Source of the DNA: a virus
Taxonomy: Duplodnaviria; Caudoviricetes
Length of the DNA: 64,000 nt
Virus record (IMG/VR): IMGVR_UViG_3300015615_000196
Location: 192,001 to 256,000 of that record
Reading direction: 5' to 3' (one strand)
Shown: positions 1 to 9,793 of the stretch, piece after piece
Position numbering within the stretch: the first letter of the stretch is position 1
How the letters are laid out: every line of letters begins with the position of its first letter
Translations under genes and position numbers: made by a program
Notes under the pieces: generated by a model
What the model was told of the DNA's origin: nothing
The model's database searches: none
Seen by the model: the letters and a program-made list of their open reading frames with translations, nothing else

Positions 1-13
1 AACGTAACCAAAA

Positions 14-95
14 TTTGTGGCTATGGTGTAAGTTACTTCCGCTCGAAAGAGCACCTGATGGTTAATCAAGAACTACTGACACTGATTTCCACAAA
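14..95 (+). ncRNA. Candidate structured ncRNA, repeat unit 1
   Basis: Closing stem TTTGTGG(14-20)/CCACAAA(89-95); boxes GGCTAT, GTTACTTC, AACTAC and TTTCC shared with unit 2 at identical spacing; internal GCTC-GAAA-GAGC hairpin (41-52). Confidence 0.65.
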
Positions 96-100
96 CCCAT

Positions 101-167
101 ATTCTGGCTATTGATCCGGTTACTTCAACTACAATTGGTAACAACTACCGTTTCGCCTTTCCAGAAT
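101..167 (+). ncRNA. Candidate structured ncRNA, repeat unit 2
   Basis: Closing stem ATTCTGG(101-107)/CCAGAAT(161-167); same four boxes as unit 1; stems differ in sequence but keep pairing. Confidence 0.65.
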
Positions 168-209
168 TATTATTTTGATGTGATTTAAAATCTGTAAAGA
201 CCAAATACC

Positions 210-2387
210 ATGAACACTATCAAAGAAAAAACCGCAAAGACCTCAGTCGCAACTGCTACGGCAATGACGAAGGCACAAATCGCTCTTCAAAGAGGATTTT
301 TAGTACCTACAGGTGGACTTGTTGCTCCGGTGAGCAAGCAAGAACGATTCACCATGCAAGCTGAATTGATGCAGTTCGGATACATGTTGTCCGAAGATGC
401 ACTTGGCGTTGTAACCATCGAATGGTTCAACGAAGTAATGCCGTTCTTAAAAAGAACGTTGGGCGTAGGTGCGTACATGGGTGCGTACATGCCATTCTAC
501 AAGAACTTCCCGACTCAGGTAATGGAGTTGAGTCACGTTGAGTTGTATCTCAATGCGGTCATGCATTACTGGTCATTGGGTACGTGGGAACCTGCCTACG
601 AACTCCGTGAAAGAGGCTTCGCGTTTGAAAACACGAAGTTCACAACTATCAAGTTGGGAACAGAAGATCAGTTCAATGCGATCTTCACGACATTGGTGTC
701 GATCAACCAGTCTATTACTGAAAACGACAAGAAAGTTGTTGAGTGGTTCATCCAGAACTATTCACACAGCTTGATATTCCCGAAGACCATCCCGTTCAAG
801 GAAACTCTTTGTATGCTTGCCGGACACGGCTTGAATGTTCCAATTACGTCTGCAACGGACGTATTGAGAATTGCCGTATACCTTTCAGGTGGTGACATTT
901 CATTGCCAGCCGTACCACGAATAACGGTGAAGGAAGTACGTCCGGGAAGAAAGGAAGTGTTCTTCCGTAACCTTTTGAACTCGCAGACAGAAGCGAGAGA
1001 AAAGTTCAAGTTCAAGAACTTGAGCCGTGCAAAGAGAAAGTATTTGCTTTCATTGCTTGAAGGAACCAAGATCGACTTGGGCGAAATGAAATTGCGTCTT
1101 GAAAGATGGATTCGTCTTGGCGAAGTTCTTCACGTAGGTGAATTCAAGAACCGTTTCCCGAAAGCATACGAAGCGTTCTACGCTATCCGTAATGCTGCGG
1201 ACGAAATCCGTACATTCGAGTCTACGCTTGAAGAAGCGTTTACCAATGCTTACATCACTGGTGGTGAAGCAGAACTTAACACGGCCTTGAATCTCTTGTC
1301 AAAGAGACCGGGTATGTTTGCAAGAAGACTTGACTGGTTGTTGAGAACGTTCGACCCGAACGTTGTTCTTCCAGCCTTCAAGAAGATTGCCATGAAGGTA
1401 AGCAAGAAAGTATTGTGGGAACTCTACAATCACTTCATCAAGCGTGATACTGTGTCACCGAGAATGGTGATGATCAAGGGTAAGAAAGCAACCAAAGTTA
1501 CTTTGGATGCATTGCCAGCAATGAGCAAAATCTTGATCACCAAGATTCAGGGTATGATCTTGGAATGTTTGGGACAACACTTCGCACAACTTGATAAGTT
1601 GGGTAAGGTGTATGTTGACGAACGTTTGAAGAAGATTCCGTTGCCTACGGCAATGAGAAGTGTGAACACTTCGGTGAAGACCTACATGAGAGGTACGAGA
1701 GTACCATTCAATGACAATGCAAAGGTTATCAGACCTTATATTCACTGGTTCGACCAGTATGGTCACGAAGACCTTGACTTGAGCGTTGCATTCTACGATG
1801 CACACTTGAGAGGTAAGGATCATATCTCGTACACGAATTTGAAGATTCAACATCTTAACTCATGCCACTCAGGTGACGTGAGACACAGACAAGGTGCGTG
1901 TGCAGAATACGTGGACATTGATATTGCTGCTTGCTTACAGCACGGCATCAGATATGCAATGGTACAGGTGCATAACTTCCAGAACAGACCAATGCACACG
2001 ATGAAAGACTGCGTGTTCGGTTTGATGGAAAGAGAATTCCCGGAATCAAATCCGATCTTCGTCCCGAAGACTATCACCAATGCAGTAGCAGTGGCGAACG
2101 AAAGTTCAACTGTGTGTATTGCAGTGTTGGATTTGAAGGAAAAGGAATACATCTGGCTTGACCTTGAGTTACAATCAAGAGGTTTGGCTAACCTTGAAAG
2201 CACTTCAAGCATGGCTCACAAGCTGATCAAAGGTGCAATCGACAGTGCAATTCTGTCAGTGTACGACTTGTTGTCAATCCATGCTGACGCAAGAGGTGTT
2301 GCAATCCTGAACAAGGAAGCTGCGGATACCGTATTCGAATACGAAGACTTTGTAACAAGCTATGACAAAGTGGCGACTTACATGTAA
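210..2387 (+). CDS. Large helical protein with C-terminal TerD-like domain
   Basis: 725 aa; C-terminal DLDLSVAFYD...HSGDV...AEYVDIDI...VQVHNF pattern typical of TerD-type domains; N-terminal PFYKNFPTQV and RPGMFARRLD motifs. Confidence 0.7.
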   Translation: MNTIKEKTAKTSVATATAMTKAQIALQRGFLVPTGGLVAPVSKQERFTMQAELMQFGYMLSEDALGVVTIEWFNEVMPFLKRTLGVGAYMGAYMPFYKNFPTQVMELSHVELYLNAVMHYWSLGTWEPAYELRERGFAFENTKFTTIKLGTEDQFNAIFTTLVSINQSITENDKKVVEWFIQNYSHSLIFPKTIPFKETLCMLAGHGLNVPITSATDVLRIAVYLSGGDISLPAVPRITVKEVRPGRKEVFFRNLLNSQTEAREKFKFKNLSRAKRKYLLSLLEGTKIDLGEMKLRLERWIRLGEVLHVGEFKNRFPKAYEAFYAIRNAADEIRTFESTLEEAFTNAYITGGEAELNTALNLLSKRPGMFARRLDWLLRTFDPNVVLPAFKKIAMKVSKKVLWELYNHFIKRDTVSPRMVMIKGKKATKVTLDALPAMSKILITKIQGMILECLGQHFAQLDKLGKVYVDERLKKIPLPTAMRSVNTSVKTYMRGTRVPFNDNAKVIRPYIHWFDQYGHEDLDLSVAFYDAHLRGKDHISYTNLKIQHLNSCHSGDVRHRQGACAEYVDIDIAACLQHGIRYAMVQVHNFQNRPMHTMKDCVFGLMEREFPESNPIFVPKTITNAVAVANESSTVCIAVLDLKEKEYIWLDLELQSRGLANLESTSSMAHKLIKGAIDSAILSVYDLLSIHADARGVAILNKEAADTVFEYEDFVTSYDKVATYM

Positions 2388-2388
2388 C

Positions 2389-2460
2389 ATCAAACTTCCT
2401 TGATGGCTGGTGCATCAGACCATTCTTAGTGGCTAAGTAAGAATCCAAGAAGTCCCTGAT
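2389..2460 (+). ncRNA. Candidate three-way-junction RNA in the 3' region of the TerD-domain gene
   Basis: ACTTCCTTG/CAAGAAGT closing stem enclosing hairpins ATGGCTGG-TGCA-TCAGACCAT and ATTCTTA-N9-TAAGAAT. Confidence 0.4.
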
Positions 2461-2462
2461 AT

Positions 2463-2494
2463 AATGCCTCACAGATTTTCTGTGGGGCATTTTT
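2463..2494 (+). terminator. Rho-independent terminator
   Basis: AATGCCTCACAGA-TTT-TCTGTGGGGCATT hairpin followed by a T run. Confidence 0.85.
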
Positions 2495-2543
2495 ATGTTC
2501 AAAATTCTCTGAAAAATTTAAATAAGTTTCGTACCCCATCACT

Positions 2544-2551
2544 GTATTTAT
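2544..2551 (+). promoter_or_regulatory. Putative phage late promoter GTATTTAT
   Basis: Motif recurs upstream of many operon starts in the window. Confidence 0.65.
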
Positions 2552-2632
2552 TTGTAATAGTACTGTCCAATAATTTAGGGATTCATGTAACTCATTGGAC
2601 GGTCATCAACTTACGAAAAAAGATACAGGTAG

Positions 2633-3574
2633 ATGCCATTTTTCACCAGACCCGACCTATCGGATACACAGTTCAAACAATTGACTGGATCGACATTGAC
2701 TATGTCGGGTTCAACCAATTATATTGGAGTATTGAAGTCCAAAGGTACTGAAATTGATGCTACGTTAACTGGCGCAACTTCGGCAACTACCGGACACGTT
2801 CTCACATACCTTGCAGGAAAGATAAGATTGGCTCCTTCATCAGGAGGTAACTCAGCATTCAATAGTAGCAGATCAACAACCAGAGCAGGGATTCCATCAG
2901 TAAACGTTGGTGGATCAAATGTCAATCAATTTTTGGAAGGATACTTCTTTCCATCAGTACCACCCGATGCGGTGATAAGTGGTGGAGGAACCCGACAATT
3001 TGGCAATAATGCTGGCCTGACTTTAAACTGGACTGCAACCAGAAGAACACAACCAATTACATCGATCACGGTTAATGGTCTTTCGGTTCCATCAGGATTC
3101 TTCTCGGCTCTTCCACAAAATGGAAGTGTATCGAGTGCTACAACAGCAACGATTGCGACACCAAATACAAACCAAACTTATCCGATGAACGTAACAACCG
3201 CATCAGAAAGTGTAAATGCAAGTACATCAATTGTGTTTAGCCACAAGAGATATTTTTATGGTGATAACCAAGATGTGATTGCATTCACTGATCCGAACAC
3301 AAGTTCGAACGTAAACTTACACGATCCAGCAAATGCAGAATTTGCTGGATCAAGAGTAAAAGGAACATTTGCTATCACTTTGAGTGGTCAGTTCTTTTAC
3401 TACGTGTATCCAACATCATTTGGTGCTGCATCATTCACGATTAACGGTTTGTCGAACACTGACTTTACTTTCAAGGACTTTACGTTCACAAACCCATTTG
3501 GATTTGCAACAACGTTCAGAATGTATAGAAGCAATAACATATTAAATGGCACATTCAACATAGCTGTGTCTTAA
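2633..3574 (+). CDS. Virion structural/fibre-like protein
   Basis: 313 aa, Thr/Ser/Gly-rich beta-type sequence; N-terminal motif shared with 12160 ORF; first gene after late motif. Confidence 0.6.
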   Translation: MPFFTRPDLSDTQFKQLTGSTLTMSGSTNYIGVLKSKGTEIDATLTGATSATTGHVLTYLAGKIRLAPSSGGNSAFNSSRSTTRAGIPSVNVGGSNVNQFLEGYFFPSVPPDAVISGGGTRQFGNNAGLTLNWTATRRTQPITSITVNGLSVPSGFFSALPQNGSVSSATTATIATPNTNQTYPMNVTTASESVNASTSIVFSHKRYFYGDNQDVIAFTDPNTSSNVNLHDPANAEFAGSRVKGTFAITLSGQFFYYVYPTSFGAASFTINGLSNTDFTFKDFTFTNPFGFATTFRMYRSNNILNGTFNIAVS

Positions 3575-3587
3575 AAGATAAAGAAGG

Positions 3588-6131
3588 ATGTCAAATTTAT
3601 TAGGAACCGTAGTAGCCTCACCGATAGTACAAGGAGCAAGTACAATTGACTCTTACGGTACTCACTATGCCTTTCTTGGTGTGGGTGGTTACCAAGAGTA
3701 CTTAACCCTTGCGGAAAGAGACGCGATCTTGATTGACCCGCTTAACAGATTGGGTGATGATGGTCTTTCTTCTGGCCGTAGAAGATTGGGTATGCTCGTG
3801 TATGTCTCTGAGACAAACATCGTATATCAATTAAACATTGCCTACAACTCATGGACTGGTATGACCAGTGCAGCGAAAGTTGCAGCACTTGCAAACAATT
3901 CAAACTGGATTGAATATGCATCTGGCAGTGGCGGTGACGCGATAAAGAAAAGATATAACCAGACTCTTCACGGTTTCAGTGTGGGTCAGGTAATTTCATA
4001 CAACGGAACTTCGTTCCAACTTAAACTTGCAGGGCCAAGCGATACCAACGAAACAATTGGTATGGTCAGCAAGATTGATGATGCAAACAATTTCACTGTA
4101 ACCTATGCTGGTTTCATTGATACGACCGCAATCAGTGGTTTGAGTGCAAACACAGTGTACTATGTATCCCCTGCAATTGCAGGAGCAATTACGCCAGTTG
4201 CACCTTTAAATCTTGGAGAAGAAAATAGACCTATCTTGATCACACAAACAATAACCACAGGTATTGTGGTAATGTATCGTGGTCAGATAATCACAGAAAA
4301 TGTAATTAGTGGTAGTAGTGGTGCAACATATGTTGCCGGGGTTATTGGCCCTGCCGAAGATGGCACATATACTGACGGATTGTTCACGGACTTTGTTCCA
4401 TCAACTCCAACAGGTACGGCAATTGACAGATTCAATGAATTGTTTAAAGTTCTGTCACCACCACCTGCACCAGCGTTGTCAAGTATCTTGAATTCTCCAA
4501 CGTTGAATTCAGCCAAGTTATCATTCGGTGTAAGCCGAAACGATATTGGGTACAGCAATGTAACAACGGCAGCAGGTAACACAGCAGTCGATATTAATGG
4601 TTCATACGTAGTAGGTGGAACCAGAATTGGTGTAACAAATGCATTGGTTAGTGGCCCACTTAATTCTTCTGTTCCAGCAACTTCTGCATATGCAGCAGGT
4701 GCTTTTGATAAAGGAGACGAAGGTAAACTTGAAATGTTTGTAAACGGTGCGTTGATAGGTTCAATAATTCTTAGTGGATCAACAGGAGCAAGTTCAAACT
4801 TCTTCTTCACCTTGAGTGCAGTCTCAGCAGTAACATTTACAAATGGTCAACCGTTGAACGTATTCAAATACAGAACAGGTATTTTCAAAGTAAGAACTGT
4901 TGATATGGTCAATGGTTTTAACTATGTAAGAGTACAACATACAAAACCAAGTGGGAACTTACTTACAAACTATTTGGAGTGGGTATATGATCCAAATGCA
5001 ACAACATTATCTGCTACGGGATCAGGACTTAGCGGTCTTACCTTGACAGGCAGTAGATTTATTTCAGGTGTAAGATACAATACAGGTGGTACTGTGGTCT
5101 ACACTACAACAATTAACAACGCATATAAGAACGTATATCCGAACGGAAGCGTAATTACGTATCCTTCAAGAACGAACTTGAGTGATGCTGGTATTATAAC
5201 ACAATCAGGAACAGGATTGACAACAACAATTTCTGCTGTTCGAACATTAACCTCGTTATTGACAGGATCGGTAAGTCCGCAACTTAGTGCGTTGAAACTG
5301 AAATCGAACCACACGTTGTCTAACAATATTTTGGGTAGTGTAGGTTCACTTGGAAAAATTGAAAGCAATATTTCCCTCACCCATCCTCTCAAAGCAACTT
5401 TGACTGGTGGTGTTGCAAGCACAACAGGATTTTTACAATACAACACCATTCAAGCTGCAAACTTGAAGATGGAGAATTTTACTGGTGAAGGAAAAAGACT
5501 TCAAGATAGAGACTACACCTCTTTAACATATGCTAACATCAATGGTGGAACCTATGCATGGGATTCAACTCAAATTTTGACTGGTGGTAACCCACAACAC
5601 AACACAGGTTTACTTGTGTTCAATGGTGAATTGGTTTATCCAAGTGCAGCATATTTAACAACACAGTATGGAATTACGACAGGTAATTTTGCAGCCGTAA
5701 CAAATATTTTGGTTGGCAATCCAAACTATTCAACTGCCAGTGGCGTGAGAGTTTACGATAGATTGTTTACCTCAGCAAATGCTGTTACGCAAGCAACATT
5801 GACAATTGAATTCTTACATACCGGAACAAACAGTAGCTTCTTAACCAATGGTGGAACTGGTGGTACAGCAAGCGGTAACTTCGTTAAAGTTGAAGTTATG
5901 ATTAAAAGATCGGGAGGTCAGACACACGGATGGTTTAATCCATTCGCACCATCTGGCAACCCGGAAGGTGTTGCAAATACGGCAGTCTCAACAATTGCTG
6001 GCGGTACTTCGGTAACGTGTACATTATCAACTGTACCGAGAATTGGTAACGGTGATCTTGTCATTGTGAGAGTTTATGCGGCAGGTGCATGGACAAATAG
6101 AATAAGTAACATTAACGTAGTTAACATATAA
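3588..6131 (+). CDS. Large virion structural protein
   Basis: 847 aa; ERDAI...RRRLGMLVYV fibre motif, HGFSVGQVI decoration-like domain; C-terminal ~600 aa paralogous to 6133 ORF. Confidence 0.65.
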   Translation: MSNLLGTVVASPIVQGASTIDSYGTHYAFLGVGGYQEYLTLAERDAILIDPLNRLGDDGLSSGRRRLGMLVYVSETNIVYQLNIAYNSWTGMTSAAKVAALANNSNWIEYASGSGGDAIKKRYNQTLHGFSVGQVISYNGTSFQLKLAGPSDTNETIGMVSKIDDANNFTVTYAGFIDTTAISGLSANTVYYVSPAIAGAITPVAPLNLGEENRPILITQTITTGIVVMYRGQIITENVISGSSGATYVAGVIGPAEDGTYTDGLFTDFVPSTPTGTAIDRFNELFKVLSPPPAPALSSILNSPTLNSAKLSFGVSRNDIGYSNVTTAAGNTAVDINGSYVVGGTRIGVTNALVSGPLNSSVPATSAYAAGAFDKGDEGKLEMFVNGALIGSIILSGSTGASSNFFFTLSAVSAVTFTNGQPLNVFKYRTGIFKVRTVDMVNGFNYVRVQHTKPSGNLLTNYLEWVYDPNATTLSATGSGLSGLTLTGSRFISGVRYNTGGTVVYTTTINNAYKNVYPNGSVITYPSRTNLSDAGIITQSGTGLTTTISAVRTLTSLLTGSVSPQLSALKLKSNHTLSNNILGSVGSLGKIESNISLTHPLKATLTGGVASTTGFLQYNTIQAANLKMENFTGEGKRLQDRDYTSLTYANINGGTYAWDSTQILTGGNPQHNTGLLVFNGELVYPSAAYLTTQYGITTGNFAAVTNILVGNPNYSTASGVRVYDRLFTSANAVTQATLTIEFLHTGTNSSFLTNGGTGGTASGNFVKVEVMIKRSGGQTHGWFNPFAPSGNPEGVANTAVSTIAGGTSVTCTLSTVPRIGNGDLVIVRVYAAGAWTNRISNINVVNI

Positions 6132-6132
6132 G

Positions 6133-9100
6133 ATGGGCTTAAACACATTAAATACAGGTGCGATCTCTTTCAAGAGACTAAGCGGTAAAGCACATACCCA
6201 ACAGAACTTTGCTGTCACAGAAGAAAGCATTGGCTCAAACGTTAGTTTGTCATTTGCAACTGTGTTCGGTAAGGCAATTCAACCTAAACCACTTACGGTA
6301 GGTGGATTGACTGCGTTGTATGCAACTGATAATAAAGTTGAACGAGTAAGATTTGACGTAGAAATAATTCCAGATACATTGATTGGTACTAACCAGTCTC
6401 AGGGTTACAGATTGAAATTACCTATCGGTTACACTGGTAGTGGTAAATTGGGTTCACACTATAGTGGTGGTACAAAATTATACACTGCTCTTGGTAAACT
6501 TCAAATCGTCCCATCATTATATGGCACAGTAAAGCCAGATGGTTCAACTGAGTACGATCCGATTTTGTATCAAACAAACGGCACAACAGTAATTCCTAAG
6601 TTCGATCCCATCAATTGGATTATCGACAATTATAGTGGGATTTTGTTCGTACAAGACCCGCCAGCAGGATTTGACATCAGTGCTGCAAGACCGGGATACG
6701 TTGAAGCATTCTTATACGTAGGAGATTATCTTGATCAAGTAATTGCGAGTGGTGTTACTGGAAGTTCAGTGGATTGGAGCAACATCGCTAACAAGCCATT
6801 GGTATTCCCACCAGCACCACACACACATCCGATCTCTGGTGTAACTGGATTGCAGGGTGCATTGAATTCAAAAATAGATATTGCGAATATTGGAATGAGT
6901 GGTGGATCGCCAACAACACATGTTGCACCATTGGATGGTAATAACATCATACCACCGATATACATTCCTTCAATATTCAAAGAAGTATATGTTGTGCCAA
7001 CAATTGCTGCAAGAACTGCACGATTTGTTGCATCTGGTAGTACACCGGGGCCGGGACAAGTTGAATCATTTGAAGGTTTAAGAGTTTATGTACTTGATTG
7101 TACTGGTGCACCAGAATTACCTACTGGAACAACTGGTAGCTGTGAGTCGATTGATACAACTGGTTTCTTAAACTGGTCAGCAATCACGTCATCACAATTC
7201 GTGAATACCGATTGGACATCAATATCAGGTAAGCCACCACTCGTAAATCAAATTATTCCGGGTGCGGGTATTAGTGTCTTGCCTCTCGGTGGAACAGGAT
7301 ATACTACGGTCGATGTTAAAACTGATAGTTCATACATTACTACATTAGTGCCATCTGGAAAATTGACAATCAAAGATTTGTCAATCGATCCACGTAAGAT
7401 GAAATTCCAAGGAGGACTTACGGGTACGACTGGTCAATATATTATCAGAGGATCGGGAGATACATTCCAAGCTGTTAATTTACCATTTACCGGAGTGAGT
7501 ACAGTAACAGCCGCGAGTGGTATAACAAATATTGGAACAGCACCAAATCCTATTTTGGTTGCTCAAGTTGATACTGCGGACGGTAGTATCGAAAAGACAT
7601 CATTAGGTATCCGTGTTACAAATAACACGATTGGCACGACCAAATTGAATTTGGGTTCAGGCCCGACACAATTCAATGCCGACTTGTTACCACTAAACAC
7701 AGGTACAACTTACATGGGTGCAACCGATGTTGGAACTGCAATTGAAAAACTCGCAACGGGTATTACTGCATTGAATACTGTCGCTCTTACTGGTGCAACA
7801 AACATCGGTACTGGTGAAGGACACATATTCACTTCGGTGACTGCACATAAGACACAATTGAAAGGAATCAAACACGGTAATCACATTGCAGTAAGTGAAA
7901 ACGGTACTGATATTACGATTGCGGTAACTGGTATTAGTGCAACAACTGGTAGCACAATTGGCCCTGCCGAAGACGGAAGTTATTTGGATGGTTTGTTTAC
8001 AGACTTTATCCCGGCAACTCCTACTGGTACAGCCGTTGACAGATTCAACGTAGTGTTGAAAGCATTAGCACCGCCACCTGCACCTAACTTAACAGGGGCA
8101 ACAGGAAGCGGTACGTTTGTCGCGGGTAAGCTATCATTTGGTTCATCGAAACCAATTGTTGGCTTTACGAACGTTGGTACAAACGCAGGTAATCCTGCCG
8201 TTGACATTAACGGTAACTATGCAATTGGTGGAACCAGATTAGGTTTGACCAGCGTAGCGATTACTGGTGTATTAAACAGCAGCGTTGTCGGTGGAGGTGG
8301 TGGAATACCATACAATAACACGGCATTCGGTGATGGTGAAAAAGGTAAGTTGATTATGTACAAGAATGGTGTAGTGTTTAGCCAATTGGTTCTTTCAGCA
8401 ACAACAGCTTCAACAAGCAATGCACACATGTCAGTATCAGCAGTTGCAGCAGTGAAGTTTGCAAGTGGTCAACCATTGAACGTATTCAAATACAGAACAG
8501 GAACATTTAGCATTCCGCTTTCAGCAATGACAACGGGATATAATTATATCAGAATTGTGCACACAGGATCAACATTCAGCAGACAAACCAACTTCTTAGA
8601 GTGGGTTTACGATAACGATGCTTCAAACATCGGATTGATCGGCCCTACTGGTTTGACCAACGTAACTCTTGGTGGTACTAAATTTATCTCAGGTGTTAAG
8701 TTCAATACAGGAGGTACAGTACAATATCAAGCAACGTTCTCGAATGCATACAAGAACGTATATAGCAATTCGGCAACGGCAATCGACTTCATTGCAAAAG
8801 ACAATCTTGGTGCAATGACTTTGATGGATGTAACGGGTGGCGGTATTGTTGCCAGATTGACAAGTCCGTTGCAGACACTTCCAAATTTGGATACTGCTGC
8901 ATCGAACCCACAGAACACGAACATTACGATCCTTGGTACGTTACCGATCAACGTATCACAGATTTTGGGTAACGTTGGATTGTTAGGTAGAGTGAGATCA
9001 AGCGTAAGTGTATTGCATCCATTCACTGCACAGCAATTCTCAGGAGCACAATCAACATTGACTGGATTCTTGGTTAACAACGTAACACAATCATCGAACT

Positions 9101-9771
9101 TGAACAATGAAACATTCGATGGTGAAATTGATAGATTGGAAGCAAGAGATTACTCAGTCCTCACATATGCAAACGTAAACGGTGGAACATATGCATGGAC
9201 AAGTTCTCAGAATTTGATAACTGGTAACGCACAACATAACACAGGCTTGCTTGTGTTTAATGGTGAGTTGATGTATCCAAATGCAGCGTACTTAACAACG
9301 CAGTACGGTATTACTACTGGTAACTTCGCAGGTGTGACATTCGCACCAGTGGGTAACCCGAACTATACCACTGCCTCTTTGTCGAGAGACTACTACAGAA
9401 AGTTCAAGTCTGCAAACGGCACGACACAATCAACGTTGACATTTACCATCACACATAGTGGTGCAGCAGGTGATTTCTTGACGAACGGTGGAACGGGTGG
9501 TGTACCGCCAACTGCAAATAATATTAAGGTTGAATTCTTAATCATGAGAAGTGGTGGTGCAATTCACGGATGGGCAAACCCATTCGCCCCTTCTGGTAAC
9601 CCGGAAGGTATTGCAAACACATCAACTTCACAGGTTGGTAACTTGATGACTGTATCATGCACGTTGGCTACAACTCCAAGAGTTGCAATCAATGACATCG
9701 TGGTTGTGAGAATATTCACATCAAGCAGCTACTCAAATAGAATTTTGAACTTGGCAGTAACTAACATATAA
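6133..9771 (+). CDS. Large virion structural protein (mosaic)
   Basis: 1212 aa; N-terminus paralogous to 9794 ORF, C-terminus paralogous to 3588 ORF (IGPAEDGxYxDGLFTDF onward). Confidence 0.65.
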   Translation: MGLNTLNTGAISFKRLSGKAHTQQNFAVTEESIGSNVSLSFATVFGKAIQPKPLTVGGLTALYATDNKVERVRFDVEIIPDTLIGTNQSQGYRLKLPIGYTGSGKLGSHYSGGTKLYTALGKLQIVPSLYGTVKPDGSTEYDPILYQTNGTTVIPKFDPINWIIDNYSGILFVQDPPAGFDISAARPGYVEAFLYVGDYLDQVIASGVTGSSVDWSNIANKPLVFPPAPHTHPISGVTGLQGALNSKIDIANIGMSGGSPTTHVAPLDGNNIIPPIYIPSIFKEVYVVPTIAARTARFVASGSTPGPGQVESFEGLRVYVLDCTGAPELPTGTTGSCESIDTTGFLNWSAITSSQFVNTDWTSISGKPPLVNQIIPGAGISVLPLGGTGYTTVDVKTDSSYITTLVPSGKLTIKDLSIDPRKMKFQGGLTGTTGQYIIRGSGDTFQAVNLPFTGVSTVTAASGITNIGTAPNPILVAQVDTADGSIEKTSLGIRVTNNTIGTTKLNLGSGPTQFNADLLPLNTGTTYMGATDVGTAIEKLATGITALNTVALTGATNIGTGEGHIFTSVTAHKTQLKGIKHGNHIAVSENGTDITIAVTGISATTGSTIGPAEDGSYLDGLFTDFIPATPTGTAVDRFNVVLKALAPPPAPNLTGATGSGTFVAGKLSFGSSKPIVGFTNVGTNAGNPAVDINGNYAIGGTRLGLTSVAITGVLNSSVVGGGGGIPYNNTAFGDGEKGKLIMYKNGVVFSQLVLSATTASTSNAHMSVSAVAAVKFASGQPLNVFKYRTGTFSIPLSAMTTGYNYIRIVHTGSTFSRQTNFLEWVYDNDASNIGLIGPTGLTNVTLGGTKFISGVKFNTGGTVQYQATFSNAYKNVYSNSATAIDFIAKDNLGAMTLMDVTGGGIVARLTSPLQTLPNLDTAASNPQNTNITILGTLPINVSQILGNVGLLGRVRSSVSVLHPFTAQQFSGAQSTLTGFLVNNVTQSSNLNNETFDGEIDRLEARDYSVLTYANVNGGTYAWTSSQNLITGNAQHNTGLLVFNGELMYPNAAYLTTQYGITTGNFAGVTFAPVGNPNYTTASLSRDYYRKFKSANGTTQSTLTFTITHSGAAGDFLTNGGTGGVPPTANNIKVEFLIMRSGGAIHGWANPFAPSGNPEGIANTSTSQVGNLMTVSCTLATTPRVAINDIVVVRIFTSSSYSNRILNLAVTNI

Positions 9772-9793
9772 GATAAAAATTGACGATAAGTAA

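Noticed and set aside
14-167. CRISPR array, TIGR-type guide array or tRNA reading of the upstream repeats
   Set aside because: No identical direct repeats with unique spacers; the variable segments pair with each other; no T-loop GTTCRA or cloverleaf; no Cas or Nop-domain gene recognised in the window.
2464-2751. 95-aa ORF across the terminator and leader
   Set aside because: Starts inside the terminator hairpin, spans the promoter motif and overlaps the 2633 gene.
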